A DNA stretch of 64,000 bases from Gammaproteobacteria bacterium (GTDB lineage Bacteria; Pseudomonadota; Gammaproteobacteria; CAJXQU01): the NCBI GenBank assembly GCA_965238175.1, contig CBDEGZ010000003.1:992001-1056000 (forward strand). Reading direction: 5' to 3'. The notes beneath the pieces were generated by a model. The model was not told where the DNA came from. It ran no database searches and saw only the letters and a program-made list of their open reading frames with translations. Every line of letters begins with the position of its first letter. The stretch's first letter is position 1. The position numbers were made by a program, and so were the translations under genes. Shown here in pieces: positions 31,530 through 43,820 of the stretch.

Positions 31530-32252
31530 ATGCTTTATATCCGTTCTCTAATTTGCTTGCTAGGTGTTGTGCCCATGACGATCTTTTTTGGATTATTGAG
31601 TTTGTTGATCCTTATTCTGCCTTTTCAATTTCGCTACAAAATCATTTCTCATTGGGCAAAAGGCAACCTATGGTGGACAAAGATAGTCTGTGGTTTGTCT
31701 TTTCGTCTCCATGGAGAAGAAAATATTCCATCAGGTCCTGCGGTTATTATGTGTAATCATCAATCTGCCTGGGAAACGCTCGCCTTACAACTTATTTTCC
31801 CCGCTCAGGTTTGGGTACTAAAAAAAGAATTATTGTGGATCCCAGTTTTTGGATGGGGGCTTTTTGTGTTGAAACCTATCGCTATCGATAGAGGCTCAGC
31901 TCGAAAGGCACTACAGCAAGTTGTAGAGCAAGGCACAGCTCGCTTGAAAAATGGTATCTGGGTCACCATATTTCCTGAAGGTACTCGTATTGCGCCTGGA
32001 GAAACAAGACGTTATGGGAAGAGTGGTGGATTGTTAGCAACAAAAACAGCATGTCCAGTTGTTCCTGTAGCACACAATGCAGGGTTATTTTGGCCGAAGA
32101 ATAGCTTCTTAAGAAAACCGGGCGTCATTGATATTGTTATTGGCCCAGTTATTGCCTCTGATAACAAAAGTGTTGCTGAAATCACACAAGAAGTTCAGAG
32201 CTGGATAGATCCTATGGCTAAACAGCTATTTGATGGATCGTTAGGTGCTTGA
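31530..32252 (+). CDS. plsC: 1-acyl-sn-glycerol-3-phosphate acyltransferase
   Basis: NHQSAWET, FPEGTR. Confidence 0.92.
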   Translation: MLYIRSLICLLGVVPMTIFFGLLSLLILILPFQFRYKIISHWAKGNLWWTKIVCGLSFRLHGEENIPSGPAVIMCNHQSAWETLALQLIFPAQVWVLKKELLWIPVFGWGLFVLKPIAIDRGSARKALQQVVEQGTARLKNGIWVTIFPEGTRIAPGETRRYGKSGGLLATKTACPVVPVAHNAGLFWPKNSFLRKPGVIDIVIGPVIASDNKSVAEITQEVQSWIDPMAKQLFDGSLGA

Positions 32253-32326
32253 CGAATGACCTGAAACTAACAGAGAATTACCAGTTGTGCCGATAAGGGT
32301 ATTTTCACACATGAGGAAAGACATAA

Positions 32327-32653
32327 ATGAGCGATAACATTATTGCTGTCACCGATGAAAATTTCGAGGACGAAGTCCTTAACAGCGATCGACCAGTATT
32401 GGTTGATTATTGGGCAGAGTGGTGTGGTCCTTGTAAAATGATCGCGCCAGTATTGAAAGAAATTGCTGAAGAATATGGTGATAAGATTAAAATCGGTAAA
32501 CTCAATATTGATGAAAATCAGAATACACCACCAAAGTATGGTATTCGAGGGATCCCAACTTTGATGATTTTCAAAGACGGTAATGTTGAGGCTCAAAAGG
32601 TTGGAGCTGTGTCGAAATCCCAACTTGCTGCTTTTATAGATAGCACTATTTAA
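32327..32653 (+). CDS. trxA: Thioredoxin
   Basis: WCGPC; directly upstream of rho. Confidence 0.98.
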   Translation: MSDNIIAVTDENFEDEVLNSDRPVLVDYWAEWCGPCKMIAPVLKEIAEEYGDKIKIGKLNIDENQNTPPKYGIRGIPTLMIFKDGNVEAQKVGAVSKSQLAAFIDSTI

Positions 32654-32661
32654 CGAATTGA

Positions 32662-32692
32662 TCGTCCAGACTCAATTAATGGGGCTGGACGA
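32662..32692 (+). terminator. Hairpin after trxA (terminator/attenuator)
   Basis: TCGTCCAG...CTGGACGA stem. Confidence 0.5.
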
Positions 32693-32861
32693 TTGTATAA
32701 AGGGGTGCTATCCTCAGCGCATCAAATAACGAAACCGCCTTCCGGGCTAGTTTCGAAAGAATCCAAATCCAAAACAGAATCAACACATAATCTATAGATC
32801 TCTTTTATTTAGAGTTAGATCTACTAAAACTTACCTACATCTACTAAAACATACAAACACT

Positions 32862-34118
32862 ATGAATCTTACAGAATTGAAAGAAAATCCCGCCGCAGAA
32901 TTGATCAAACTTTCGGAATCAATGGGAATTGATAATGTCGCCCGAGCCAGAAAGCAGGATTTGATATTTAATATCCTTAAGGCACAAGCAAAAAAAGGCG
33001 AGGATATTTTCGGTGATGGGGTTTTGGAAATTCTTCAAGATGGTTTTGGATTTTTACGATCGGCAGATTGTTCTTATCTCGCTGGACCGGATGATATTTA
33101 TGTTTCACCTAGTCAAATAAGACGATTTAGTTTACGTACAGGAGATACGATTGCTGGAAAAATCAGGCCTCCAAAGGATGGAGAACGTTATTTTGCATTA
33201 TTAAAGGTTGAAGAGATCAATTTCGAAAAACCGGAAAATGCAAAAAACAAAGTTCTGTTTGAAAACCTTACTCCATTATTTGCCCGAGAAAGACTGACTC
33301 TAGAAATAGGTAATGGCAGCACCGAAGATTTGACTCCCCGAGTTATAGATTTAGTTTCACCGATTGGTAAAGGCCAACGTGGTTTGATCGTATCTCCACC
33401 GAAAGCAGGTAAGACGGTGATGCTGCAAAGTATTGCTCAGTCTATCGCTGCGAATCATCCAGAGTGTTATCTGATCGTATTATTGATCGACGAACGTCCT
33501 GAAGAAGTCACCGAGATGAGTCGTACTGTTAAGGGTGAAGTGGTGGCAAGTACATTTGATGAACCTGCAAGTCGTCATGTTCAAGTGGCAGAAATGGTCA
33601 TCGAAAAAGCCAAGCGTCTTGTCGAGCATAAAAAAGATGTCGTTATCCTGCTCGATTCGATTACTCGTTTAGCACGAGCTTATAACACAGTCGTTCCATC
33701 TTCCGGTAAGGTTCTAACCGGTGGTGTTGATGCAAATGCGCTGCAACGACCAAAACGTTTTTTTGGTGCTGCGCGTAATATTGAAGAGGGCGGTAGTTTA
33801 ACCATTCTGGCAACGGCACTTGTCGATACTGGCTCGCGTATGGATGATGTGATCTTTGAAGAATTCAAAGGAACCGGCAATATGGAAGTTCATCTGGAGC
33901 GTAAGATTGCTGAAAAACGTGTTTATCCTGCCATCAATATTAATCGTTCAGGAACGCGCCGGGATGATTTATTAGTCACGCCCGAAGAGCAACAAAAGAT
34001 CTGGATTCTGCTGAAGCTGATGCACAGTATGGAAGAACTCCCAGCAATGGAATTCTTACTTGAGCGTCTCAAGGCAACTAAGAATAACAATGAGTTCTTC
34101 GATTCGATGAAACGATAG
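32862..34118 (+). CDS. rho: Transcription termination factor Rho
   Basis: [23 protein letters not shown]. Confidence 0.99.
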   Translation: MNLTELKENPAAELIKLSESMGIDNVARARKQDLIFNILKAQAKKGEDIFGDGVLEILQDGFGFLRSADCSYLAGPDDIYVSPSQIRRFSLRTGDTIAGKIRPPKDGERYFALLKVEEINFEKPENAKNKVLFENLTPLFARERLTLEIGNGSTEDLTPRVIDLVSPIGKGQRGLIVSPPKAGKTVMLQSIAQSIAANHPECYLIVLLIDERPEEVTEMSRTVKGEVVASTFDEPASRHVQVAEMVIEKAKRLVEHKKDVVILLDSITRLARAYNTVVPSSGKVLTGGVDANALQRPKRFFGAARNIEEGGSLTILATALVDTGSRMDDVIFEEFKGTGNMEVHLERKIAEKRVYPAININRSGTRRDDLLVTPEEQQKIWILLKLMHSMEELPAMEFLLERLKATKNNNEFFDSMKR

Positions 34119-34147
34119 TTATTTATAGAATGGGCTTAGAAGTCAAC

Positions 34148-35712
<1,565 letters not shown>

Positions 35713-36009
35713 GTATTTAGCACATTGTGTGCCTTCTTTAAGATAAAGTTATCAATTTTAGGGTTGCGGATTATACAACATGGCTATATTTCGTCCTAAG
35801 ATCTTAATATGCTAATGATATCTGATAAATGGGTGCTTATTTATATTTACTAAAATGTAACATAATGATAATAGAAAGATTAAGGACATTATGCTTTAAT
35901 TACTACGGGGGGGTTCTTGGAGGTGTCTTCCTGAAGTTAAAAAGGATGATCTGGATGGGTTTATATGCGGATCAAATATAGAAAATATTTCAGAAAAAGG
36001 AAAATATCA

Positions 36010-36753
36010 ATGAAAAAGTTAATCTTATTTTTAGTAGTCGCAGGACTGCTATCAACCGGAATCGCGAAGGCAGATAGTCGAAAGGACCATTGTCGTGATT
36101 TACCAAGTTTCTACGATGTGAGGAATGCTTTGAGAGATGTGGTCGCTAATGACGCGAACGGTTTTAATCTTCAAATGTGGGCAACAGTAGTTGATCGAGA
36201 CGGCATCGTATGTAATGTGAGTCGTTCGGGTGATAAACGTGGTGATCAATGGCCGGGCAGTCGCGTTATTTCTGCGCAAAAAGCCAATACAGCCAATGCA
36301 TTTAGTTTGCCGGGGCTGTCATTATCTACTGCTAATTTATATGTAGCGGTTCAGCCAGGTGGAAGTCTTTTTGGTTTACAACATAGTAATCCTGTAGATA
36401 CCAGAAATGCTTATCGCGGACCTTCAAGAAGATATGGTACTAGAAAAGATCCTTTGGCTGGCCGAAAAATTGGTGGTGTTAATGTTTTTGGTGGTGGTTT
36501 AGCTTTATATGATGAAAATGGGGAGCTCCTTGGTGCTGTCGGTGTTAGCGGTGACAGTTCATGTCGAGATCACATTATTGCATGGAAACTACGAGATGCA
36601 CTTGAGCTTGATAATGTTCCGACGGGTGTTAGTCCAACGGGAGATGATAATTTGATTCCGGATGTGACTAATGGGTTCGGTCATCCAATTTGTGGAAATG
36701 GTGAAGAGGGTCCAATTAATGCTCTTCCTACTTCGCACCCAATCGGTTCGTAA
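36010..36753 (+). CDS. Secreted heme-binding protein, GlcG/HbpS family
   Basis: Signal peptide; VVDRDG, SAQKANTA, GGGLAL...GAVGVSG. Confidence 0.85.
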   Translation: MKKLILFLVVAGLLSTGIAKADSRKDHCRDLPSFYDVRNALRDVVANDANGFNLQMWATVVDRDGIVCNVSRSGDKRGDQWPGSRVISAQKANTANAFSLPGLSLSTANLYVAVQPGGSLFGLQHSNPVDTRNAYRGPSRRYGTRKDPLAGRKIGGVNVFGGGLALYDENGELLGAVGVSGDSSCRDHIIAWKLRDALELDNVPTGVSPTGDDNLIPDVTNGFGHPICGNGEEGPINALPTSHPIGS

Positions 36754-36772
36754 CCGAATTTGAGAGTAGTTT

Positions 36773-36807
36773 GTAAAGCCAGAGTAGGTTATCTACTCTG
36801 GCTTTAC
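36773..36807. terminator. Bidirectional terminator hairpin
   Basis: GTAAAGCCAGAGTAG-gttat-CTACTCTGGCTTTAC between convergent genes. Confidence 0.75.
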
Positions 36808-37175
36808 GTCTTAATGTCGTCATCTTTGCACCAGGGTGGGCTGACTATCACAATAAATTCCAGGTCAATCTCGCCAGTGTTTTCCAGCCATTGTTCTTTA
36901 TAACGTGAAACGATAGCCGTACTCCCTTTTATCAAATTAGTTGTTTCAGATCCAACATACAAGCGCCCCTTACCTTCCAGAATAAAGTAAACTTCAGTTT
37001 GTTTAAGATAATGGTGGTAGGTGCTTTCCCCAGCAGAAACGGTCGCTATGGAGAAAGAATAGGGTAGTTCGACAGGATCATTTTTGGGGTGCAATAACTC
37101 CTTCAAATAACAACCGTCATTAGCGATAATCTTCTCACAGTCGTTTAGATGTTTTGTAAATAATTTAGTAACCAT
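36804..37175 (-). CDS. Cupin domain protein
   Basis: HHYLKQTEVYFILEGKG, LENTG...IVSPPW. Confidence 0.85.
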   Translation of the reverse strand: MVTKLFTKHLNDCEKIIANDGCYLKELLHPKNDPVELPYSFSIATVSAGESTYHHYLKQTEVYFILEGKGRLYVGSETTNLIKGSTAIVSRYKEQWLENTGEIDLEFIVIVSPPWCKDDDIKT

Positions 37176-37200
37176 ATGTTATCCCAACCTGAAGAGTGTT

Positions 37201-38163
37201 ATGACAGCGAATAAAACAGTCGTTTTACTGACGAATCTCGGTACGCCAGATGCACCTACAATCAAAGCAGTCAGAAGGTATCTGGCTGAATTTTTATCTG
37301 ATCGTCGGGTGATTAAAACGTCACCATTTATTTGGCTGCCTATATTATATGGAATTATTTTACCAACAAGGCCTAAAAACTCCGCTGAGGCTTATCAAAA
37401 AATCTGGACTGAGGAAGGCTCGCCTTTATTGACGATTACACTCGAACAAGCACAGGCATTGGATCAACGATTGGGTCAGGAAGTAACTGTCCTCCCTGCA
37501 ATGCGTTATGGAAATCCTTCGATCAAATCTGTACTTGATAAGGTTAAGAATCAGGTAGAAAAACTGATTGTTTTGCCTATGTATCCACAATATTCAACAA
37601 CAACGACGCTTTCTACTTTTGATGCGATAGAAAATGCATTGAAAGGTTGGGAAAACAAGCCGCAAATAGAAAACGTCAATGATTATCATAACAACCCAGA
37701 GTACATTGGGGCATTAGTTAATTCGGTCATAAATTTCCGCAAACAAAATGGGCCGAGTGAGTTGTTGCTTTTTTCTTTCCACGGATTACCTAAGGAATAT
37801 ATTGGTGATGATGAACCTTACCTGGATCATTGCAGGGAAACGACACGCTTAGTGGTAGAAAAATTGAAATTAGATCAGGATGAGTGGCAGTTAAGTTTTC
37901 ACTCGCGAGTCGGGCCAAAAGAATGGTTGCAGCCCTACACGGATGAAACAGTAAAAGCGTTGGGTAAGAATGGTTTAAAAAAGCTTGATGTAATCTGCCC
38001 AGGTTTTTCCGCTGATTGTCTGGAGACGTTGGAAGAAATCGCGATGGAAAATTTGGAGTTCTTTACTGAGAGTGGTGGAGAAAAATTACGATATATTCCA
38101 GCACTGAATGCCAGTGCTGATCATATCGAGGCACTGGCAAAAATTGTTGAAGGCAAGCTCTAA
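37201..38163 (+). CDS. hemH: Ferrochelatase
   Basis: NLGTP, SFHGLP, WLQPYT, ADCLETLEEI. Confidence 0.97.
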   Translation: MTANKTVVLLTNLGTPDAPTIKAVRRYLAEFLSDRRVIKTSPFIWLPILYGIILPTRPKNSAEAYQKIWTEEGSPLLTITLEQAQALDQRLGQEVTVLPAMRYGNPSIKSVLDKVKNQVEKLIVLPMYPQYSTTTTLSTFDAIENALKGWENKPQIENVNDYHNNPEYIGALVNSVINFRKQNGPSELLLFSFHGLPKEYIGDDEPYLDHCRETTRLVVEKLKLDQDEWQLSFHSRVGPKEWLQPYTDETVKALGKNGLKKLDVICPGFSADCLETLEEIAMENLEFFTESGGEKLRYIPALNASADHIEALAKIVEGKL

Positions 38164-38198
38164 GTTATATCTAACTTAGCTAGTTTTAATAAAAAAGT

Positions 38199-38813
38199 CT
38201 ATGAAGATGATTCAGCACGTGATTCTAATTTTTTAATTAAATCGTCGAGACTTTTCCTTTTGATCTCATCTTTAAACGTTTTACGATAGGTTGAGACCAG
38301 ACTCACGTTATCAATAGAGACGTCATAAACCTTCCAGACATCACCGGCTTGATATAGACGGAAACTAAGCGGAATTATTTTACTGCCATTTTTTCTGTCG
38401 ACTTCAGCATTGACGATAACTTTCTTTTTGTTTGTAGAAGTACGAACCGGCAGATAATTGATTTCAACATCTTTCGAGGCTACTAGCGCTTTCGAATATG
38501 TAATGATCAATAATTTTTGGAACGCATTAGTAAAACGTTCTTGTTGATCAAGCGAAGCAGCTCCCCAGTTTTTTTTGCCTAATATCCAGCGTGACATTTT
38601 GGGAAAATCAAAATTGGGCGTGATCAACTCATTGATGACATTTTTAACGGCTTGAGGATCTGCCTCAATATCGCCTGATCCATTTTTTAATCGCTCAATC
38701 ACTTGTTCAGAAGTGTTTTTTACAACTTCTAATGCGGTTGTTTCAGCATAGACAGAAGCCGTAAACAACAAGAAACTAAGAGCTGCAAATATTGATTTAT
38801 TTATACTTTTCAT
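38199..38813 (-). CDS. mlaC: MlaC/Ttg2D phospholipid-binding protein
   Basis: Signal peptide; FDFPKMSRWILG, WKVYDV...VSLVSTYR. Confidence 0.88.
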   Translation of the reverse strand: MKSINKSIFAALSFLLFTASVYAETTALEVVKNTSEQVIERLKNGSGDIEADPQAVKNVINELITPNFDFPKMSRWILGKKNWGAASLDQQERFTNAFQKLLIITYSKALVASKDVEINYLPVRTSTNKKKVIVNAEVDRKNGSKIIPLSFRLYQAGDVWKVYDVSIDNVSLVSTYRKTFKDEIKRKSLDDLIKKLESRAESSS

Positions 38814-39156
38814 AATGAGTCTATTTTTATTATAAGTTGAGTTATTTATGGCCTATTTTGTTGATAACGTTTAATCGGCGAGCATTCTACTCTCCTATCA
38901 GCGTTATAACTATGGTTCTTTTGTACTAATTATATCAATGTTCCTATATATAAATTCTTGTATCTGAGGAGTTAAAAAGCTATTTGTTAGCACAGTTCTT
39001 ACATGTGGGTATATCATCCCGGTCTTCCATTATCTCATTGGTGATTTCATGAGTGCTCAGCCCCTGGTCAATGCCTCTATAGTTCGTTGGACAGTCATTT
39101 CACTAAGAATACTCAATGAATTTTAATATTCACATAATAAACAATGGCTTAACAGA

Positions 39157-39942
39157 TTAAAAAAACATCTTTAAACCTATAAGTGCAAGGAAAATAGCAA
39201 AAGTACGCTTCAAGGTGAGTATCGGTAATCGGTATGCAAGTTTTGCTCCAATTGGAGCAAAAAACACACTGGTTGAAATAATACAAATAGCTGCGGGTAA
39301 ATAAATATAACCGAGGCTCAATTCTGGTAGGCTCGGGTTGTCTAAACCGGTGAACAAAAATCCAATGGCTCCAGATACGGCGATAGGTAACCCACATACG
39401 GCAGATGTTCCAACCGCTTTTTTCATTGACACATTGTTCCAGAGTAAAAATGGGACGGTCAGCGAGCCACCACCAATTCCCATGACTGATGAAACCGTGC
39501 CGATAATTCCTCCTGATGCGGTCAGGCCAACTAAGCCAGGAAGTGTTCTATGGGCTGCTGGTTTAAAGCCGAAACCAATTTGCAAGGCGATGAAAATCTC
39601 GAATAGTCCAAAGCCTTGTTTGAGAACATCTGTTGTCAACATGTCAGCGATACCAGCACCCAGTAAAGCACCTACTAAAATACCGGGTGCTAATGATATG
39701 AAAGTTGGGACGTTTACATTTCCTAAACGATAGTGTGAAAGTCCCGAAGAAATGGAAGTAAAGACGATGGTTGCAAGCGATGTGCCGATAGCAAGCTGCA
39801 TGGTTGAATCAGGTGCCAGCCCTTGCGCATGAAAAATAGCAAATAGGATCGGTACAATGATCGCGCCGCCGCCAAGGCCTAATAATCCAGCCGTTATACC
39901 AGCAATAGTACCCGTCAGAATATAAGCAAACAAAATTAACAT
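39157..39942 (-). CDS. TauE/SafE-family (sulfite exporter-like) membrane protein
   Basis: Repeated GLLGLGGG / GIGGGSLTVP; AIGTSLA. Confidence 0.88.
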   Translation of the reverse strand: MLILFAYILTGTIAGITAGLLGLGGGAIIVPILFAIFHAQGLAPDSTMQLAIGTSLATIVFTSISSGLSHYRLGNVNVPTFISLAPGILVGALLGAGIADMLTTDVLKQGFGLFEIFIALQIGFGFKPAAHRTLPGLVGLTASGGIIGTVSSVMGIGGGSLTVPFLLWNNVSMKKAVGTSAVCGLPIAVSGAIGFLFTGLDNPSLPELSLGYIYLPAAICIISTSVFFAPIGAKLAYRLPILTLKRTFAIFLALIGLKMFF

Positions 39943-40000
39943 TTGTGTATTGTACCAGTGTGTCCTAGTGGTGAATCAGGAAATGATCTAAGATCTACTG

Positions 40001-41950
40001 ATGAGATTTATAGCCAAAAGAAGCAAAGAAATCCTGTTTTGTTGGCTGTTGACCCTTTCCTTATTGACAAGTGCGACTGATAGAGAGGAACAACGGGTTC
40101 GTTTCAAAGAAGCTTACGATCTCATTCAATCTCAAAAAGAGTATGATCTGGTGAACCTTTCTAAAGGTTTAAAAGGTTATCCACTTTACCCATACCTGCA
40201 ATTTGCACATCTTTATGCTGATGTTGCACATAGATCGGTTATTGAAATGGATCAATTCCTTGCAGAAAATTCAGGAACGCCATTGGCAAAACGACTTTGC
40301 AAGCGATGGTTATATTCTTTAGCGCGTAGAAAACAATGGGATACTTTTTTAAAACGCTACAAAGCTAATCAAGCTGAAAATATTTTGCGATGCTATCAAC
40401 TGCAAGCAAGAATCAATACCGCTGAAGTTAATCCCAAGTTGCTAGAAGATATTAAAAGTATGTGGTTGGTTGGAAAATCACAAGCTGATGAATGTGATCC
40501 TGCTTTTAAGGTTTTGTATGGCAGTAAAGTAATGACGACGGATTTGATCTGGCAGCGGATCAGACTAGCGATGAAAAATAATAATCCGCGACTGACAAAA
40601 CATTTATCAAAACGATTAAACGAAAAAGATCAGAAAATAGTTCAACGATGGCGTGCAATGGCTTCTGATCCCAATCATAATCTGTTACAAGCTGAGCTGA
40701 AAAAGGATACTTCTTTAAATCGGGAAATTATTTTATATGGATTAATAAAGCTGGCAAATATTGATACGCTAAAAGCTTACACAATTTGGAATAAAGTAAT
40801 TGATCAATATAAATTCAGTTCGTATGAAAAAAATTCCATAGAGAGGGAGATGGCCTTTACGGCCGTTCAGCAAGATCTTCTGCGTGCCGGCAAGTGGCTA
40901 GATAAACTGCAAACCAAACAGTCAGATGAATATATTCAACGATATTTGATCCGCTACGCAACAAGGAATCAGGATTGGGAGAAATTAAGAAAGTGGACGA
41001 AAAAACCCCCCGCTGCAGAATTTAATAAACTCCGATGGCAATATTGGAGAGCACGAGCCCTAGAAGAAACAGGATCAAAAAAAGCTGCAAACTTGATCTA
41101 CAAACACTTAGCGAACAACCGTGATTATTATGGATTCCTTTCAGCAGAAAGAGCCGGTCTGGATTATCGTTTTCATGATAAGCGATTGCCGTTAACTGAT
41201 GCTCAACGAACAAAGTTATTGATGCGACCAGCGTTTGCAAGAGCTGAAGAATTATATAAGTTAGAAATGTTCGAAGATGCACGACGTGAATGGCAATATG
41301 GTATTCGAAAAATGAATCGTGCTCAGTTACAACAAGTGGCAGTTCTTGCCAATGAATGGGGCTGGTATGATCGAACCATACTCACTTTAGGCAAAGCGAA
41401 AGCATATGACGATCTATTGCGTCGTTTTCCTTTGCCGTATAACAAACTGATAAGAAGTTACGCACAAAAAAGAGCATTGCCCATATCGACTATCTACACG
41501 CTAATGCGGTCAGAAAGTGCTTTTATTCATGATGTGCGATCACACGCAGGTGCCTTAGGATTAATGCAAGTCATGCCAGCTACAGGTAAGCAAACGGCGA
41601 AAAAGATTGGCTATAAATATAAAAATTCCCGACAACTTTATGATCCAAAAACTAATATTGCGATAGGCACTGCCTACCTAAAAGAAATGCTTGAACGTTA
41701 TGATGGTAATTTGATCATGGCTGCAGCTGCTTATAATGCCGGGCCACATCGAGTCAAACGTTGGCGTCCTGATCAAGGTTGTATGCCCGGTGAATTCTGG
41801 GCGGAGACTATTCCATTTACAGAAACACGTCGTTATGTACGCCGCGCATTATTTTACTCTGTGTTGTATCAGTGGCGTTTAAAAGAAAAAATTAAATCAG
41901 TACAGTCACAACTGAAATCCGTTCCTGCATTAAAGACAAGTTGTTCTTAG
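40001..41950 (+). CDS. slt: Soluble lytic murein transglycosylase
   Basis: YPLYPY, RSESAF, GLMQVMPATG, AYNAGP, ETRRYV. Confidence 0.93.
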   Translation: MRFIAKRSKEILFCWLLTLSLLTSATDREEQRVRFKEAYDLIQSQKEYDLVNLSKGLKGYPLYPYLQFAHLYADVAHRSVIEMDQFLAENSGTPLAKRLCKRWLYSLARRKQWDTFLKRYKANQAENILRCYQLQARINTAEVNPKLLEDIKSMWLVGKSQADECDPAFKVLYGSKVMTTDLIWQRIRLAMKNNNPRLTKHLSKRLNEKDQKIVQRWRAMASDPNHNLLQAELKKDTSLNREIILYGLIKLANIDTLKAYTIWNKVIDQYKFSSYEKNSIEREMAFTAVQQDLLRAGKWLDKLQTKQSDEYIQRYLIRYATRNQDWEKLRKWTKKPPAAEFNKLRWQYWRARALEETGSKKAANLIYKHLANNRDYYGFLSAERAGLDYRFHDKRLPLTDAQRTKLLMRPAFARAEELYKLEMFEDARREWQYGIRKMNRAQLQQVAVLANEWGWYDRTILTLGKAKAYDDLLRRFPLPYNKLIRSYAQKRALPISTIYTLMRSESAFIHDVRSHAGALGLMQVMPATGKQTAKKIGYKYKNSRQLYDPKTNIAIGTAYLKEMLERYDGNLIMAAAAYNAGPHRVKRWRPDQGCMPGEFWAETIPFTETRRYVRRALFYSVLYQWRLKEKIKSVQSQLKSVPALKTSCS

Positions 41951-41978
41951 CGAGACCTCAGCATTAAGTTGTTCAAGA

Positions 41979-42121
41979 TGAGACCTTTGCACGAAAGTTA
42001 TTTTTGTTTCCACGTGGCGTTAAAAACATGCTCAATCGGTCATTTATAATGTATAAACTCCCTCTCTGCACGTATTTTTGCTTTGCTTGGAAAGAAAATA
42101 TTCTTCCGTGCAAAGGCCTCA
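41979..42121. mobile_element. MITE-like palindromic element, family B copy 1 (143 bp)
   Basis: TGAGACCTTTGCACG...CGTGCAAAGGCCTCA terminal IR; inverted diverged copy at 51376-51518. Confidence 0.8.
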
Positions 42122-42139
42122 TAGTATTAAAATAACCTG

Positions 42140-43360
42140 ATGCAAATCTACAAAGTCGGCGGTGCGGTTCGCGATAAACTTCTAAACATTCCAGTTAAAG
42201 ATGTTGACTGGGTAGTCGTTGACGCCTTGCCTGGAGAACTCATTGATCAGAACTACAAACAAGTGGGAAAAGATTTTCCGGTATTTCTGCATCCCAACAC
42301 ACATGAAGAATATGCACTAGCAAGAAAAGAAAGAAAAGTCGCCGCAGGATATACCGGCTTTGAATTTGATACCTCAAGAAGTGTGACATTAGAAGAAGAT
42401 CTAGAGCGTCGTGATCTGACCATTAATGCGATGGCTGAGGATGAGCAAGGAAAGATCATTGATCCCTATAATGGCAAAGCAGATCTGGAACAAGGTACCT
42501 TAAGACACATATCAGCGGCATTTTCTGAAGATCCTGTTCGGATCCTCCGCGTTGCTCGTTTTGCAGCAAGGTTTAATTTCATCGTTGCAGAAGAGACGAA
42601 TGATTTAATGAAAGAAATGGTCAGCTCCGGTGAAGTCGATGCTTTGGTTGCGGAACGCGTTTGGGCAGAATTGGAACGTGCTTTAGGAGAACAACATCCA
42701 GAGTTGTTTTTTGCAGTTCTCAGATCATGTGGCGCATTAGAAGTTATCTTCCCGGAAATTGATCGTCTTTTTGGTGTTCCACAAACGGCGAAATACCATC
42801 CCGAGATAGATACCGGCATTCATGTAATGATGGTGCTGCAACAAGCGGTCAAACTCAGTCAAGGAAAATCAGACAATAAAGTGATCAGGTTTGCAGCCTT
42901 AGTTCATGATCTCGGAAAAGGCACAACACCAACAGATATACTCCCCAGTCATCATGGTCATGAAGAACGCGGCGTGGAATTGATCAAACAACTTTGCAAG
43001 CGGATAAAAGTCCCAAATGAATATCGTGATCTTGGGATATTAAATGCGCAGTTCCATACCCACTGCCACCGAATAAGAGAAATGAAAGCAACGACCATTT
43101 TAAAGACCTTAGAAAAGATGGATGCATTCCGAAAACCGGAAAGGTTTGATCAATTTTTGATCTGTTGTGAAGCCGATGCAAAAGGCCGAACCGGCAAAGA
43201 AAATGATCAATATCCACAAGCCGAATATTTTAAAGCTATGCAACTCGCTGCATCTTCTATAGATACAAAATCTATTATTAAAGAAGGAATGCAAGGAGAA
43301 CAGATTGCTCAAGTGTTGAGAGAAAAACGGTTGCAAGCAATTAAATGTTTGATGATCTAG
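42140..43360 (+). CDS. cca: Multifunctional CCA-adding enzyme
   Basis: VGGAVRD, RRDLTINA, EDPVRILR, HD domain. Confidence 0.98.
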   Translation: MQIYKVGGAVRDKLLNIPVKDVDWVVVDALPGELIDQNYKQVGKDFPVFLHPNTHEEYALARKERKVAAGYTGFEFDTSRSVTLEEDLERRDLTINAMAEDEQGKIIDPYNGKADLEQGTLRHISAAFSEDPVRILRVARFAARFNFIVAEETNDLMKEMVSSGEVDALVAERVWAELERALGEQHPELFFAVLRSCGALEVIFPEIDRLFGVPQTAKYHPEIDTGIHVMMVLQQAVKLSQGKSDNKVIRFAALVHDLGKGTTPTDILPSHHGHEERGVELIKQLCKRIKVPNEYRDLGILNAQFHTHCHRIREMKATTILKTLEKMDAFRKPERFDQFLICCEADAKGRTGKENDQYPQAEYFKAMQLAASSIDTKSIIKEGMQGEQIAQVLREKRLQAIKCLMI

Positions 43361-43361
43361 C

Positions 43362-43615
43362 TTGCTATTGCTACGTAACTCCGCCTTAACCAGTAGTCTT
43401 TTCTGCCTTTGTAAGGTTCTGGTATTAGTATTAGCGACGCAGAAGTGTTGGCCATTTTCTTTCAACTCCAATAGGAATAATAATCCACCTGACTAATATG
43501 TTGGTTTGTCTGAAAGATCACAGATGGAGGCGAAAACTCAACGGAGTTTTTATGCTGTTACCGGAGATATGAAGATCCTGATATTTGATGCTACCTTTTC
43601 AGGGTTTTGAAGCGA
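43362..43615 (-). pseudogene. Decayed paralogous fragment of the 3' part of gene 46027-47307
   Basis: ELKENGQHFCVANTNTRT vs ELKENGRHFRVAHTNART; DNA aligns with about 46145-46395; frameshifts and stop codon. Confidence 0.8.
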
Positions 43616-43820
43616 GGTGGGTCAGGAATAATCCGCGACATGGTGCTGTAGAGTCCATTTTGAAGCCGGTTTTTTGGATTCAGGGAAGTGGATTATAATA
43701 CATCAAATCTTAGTAACAGGGTGAGTTCGACATATAGCACTCTACCGACTGTAGGGAAAGGTAGCTGCGATTTACAATATTCTAGAGAACTTTTGTTTAG
43801 AAGATCCCAAAGGAGAAATA

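Noticed and set aside
38814-39156. Hidden gene or ncRNA in the 340-bp gap between mlaC and the TauE gene
   Set aside because: Only short frames without a start or RBS, and no convincing structure.
43109-43471. 120-aa minus-strand ORF
   Set aside because: It is a chimera of the pseudogene fragment and cca antisense sequence.
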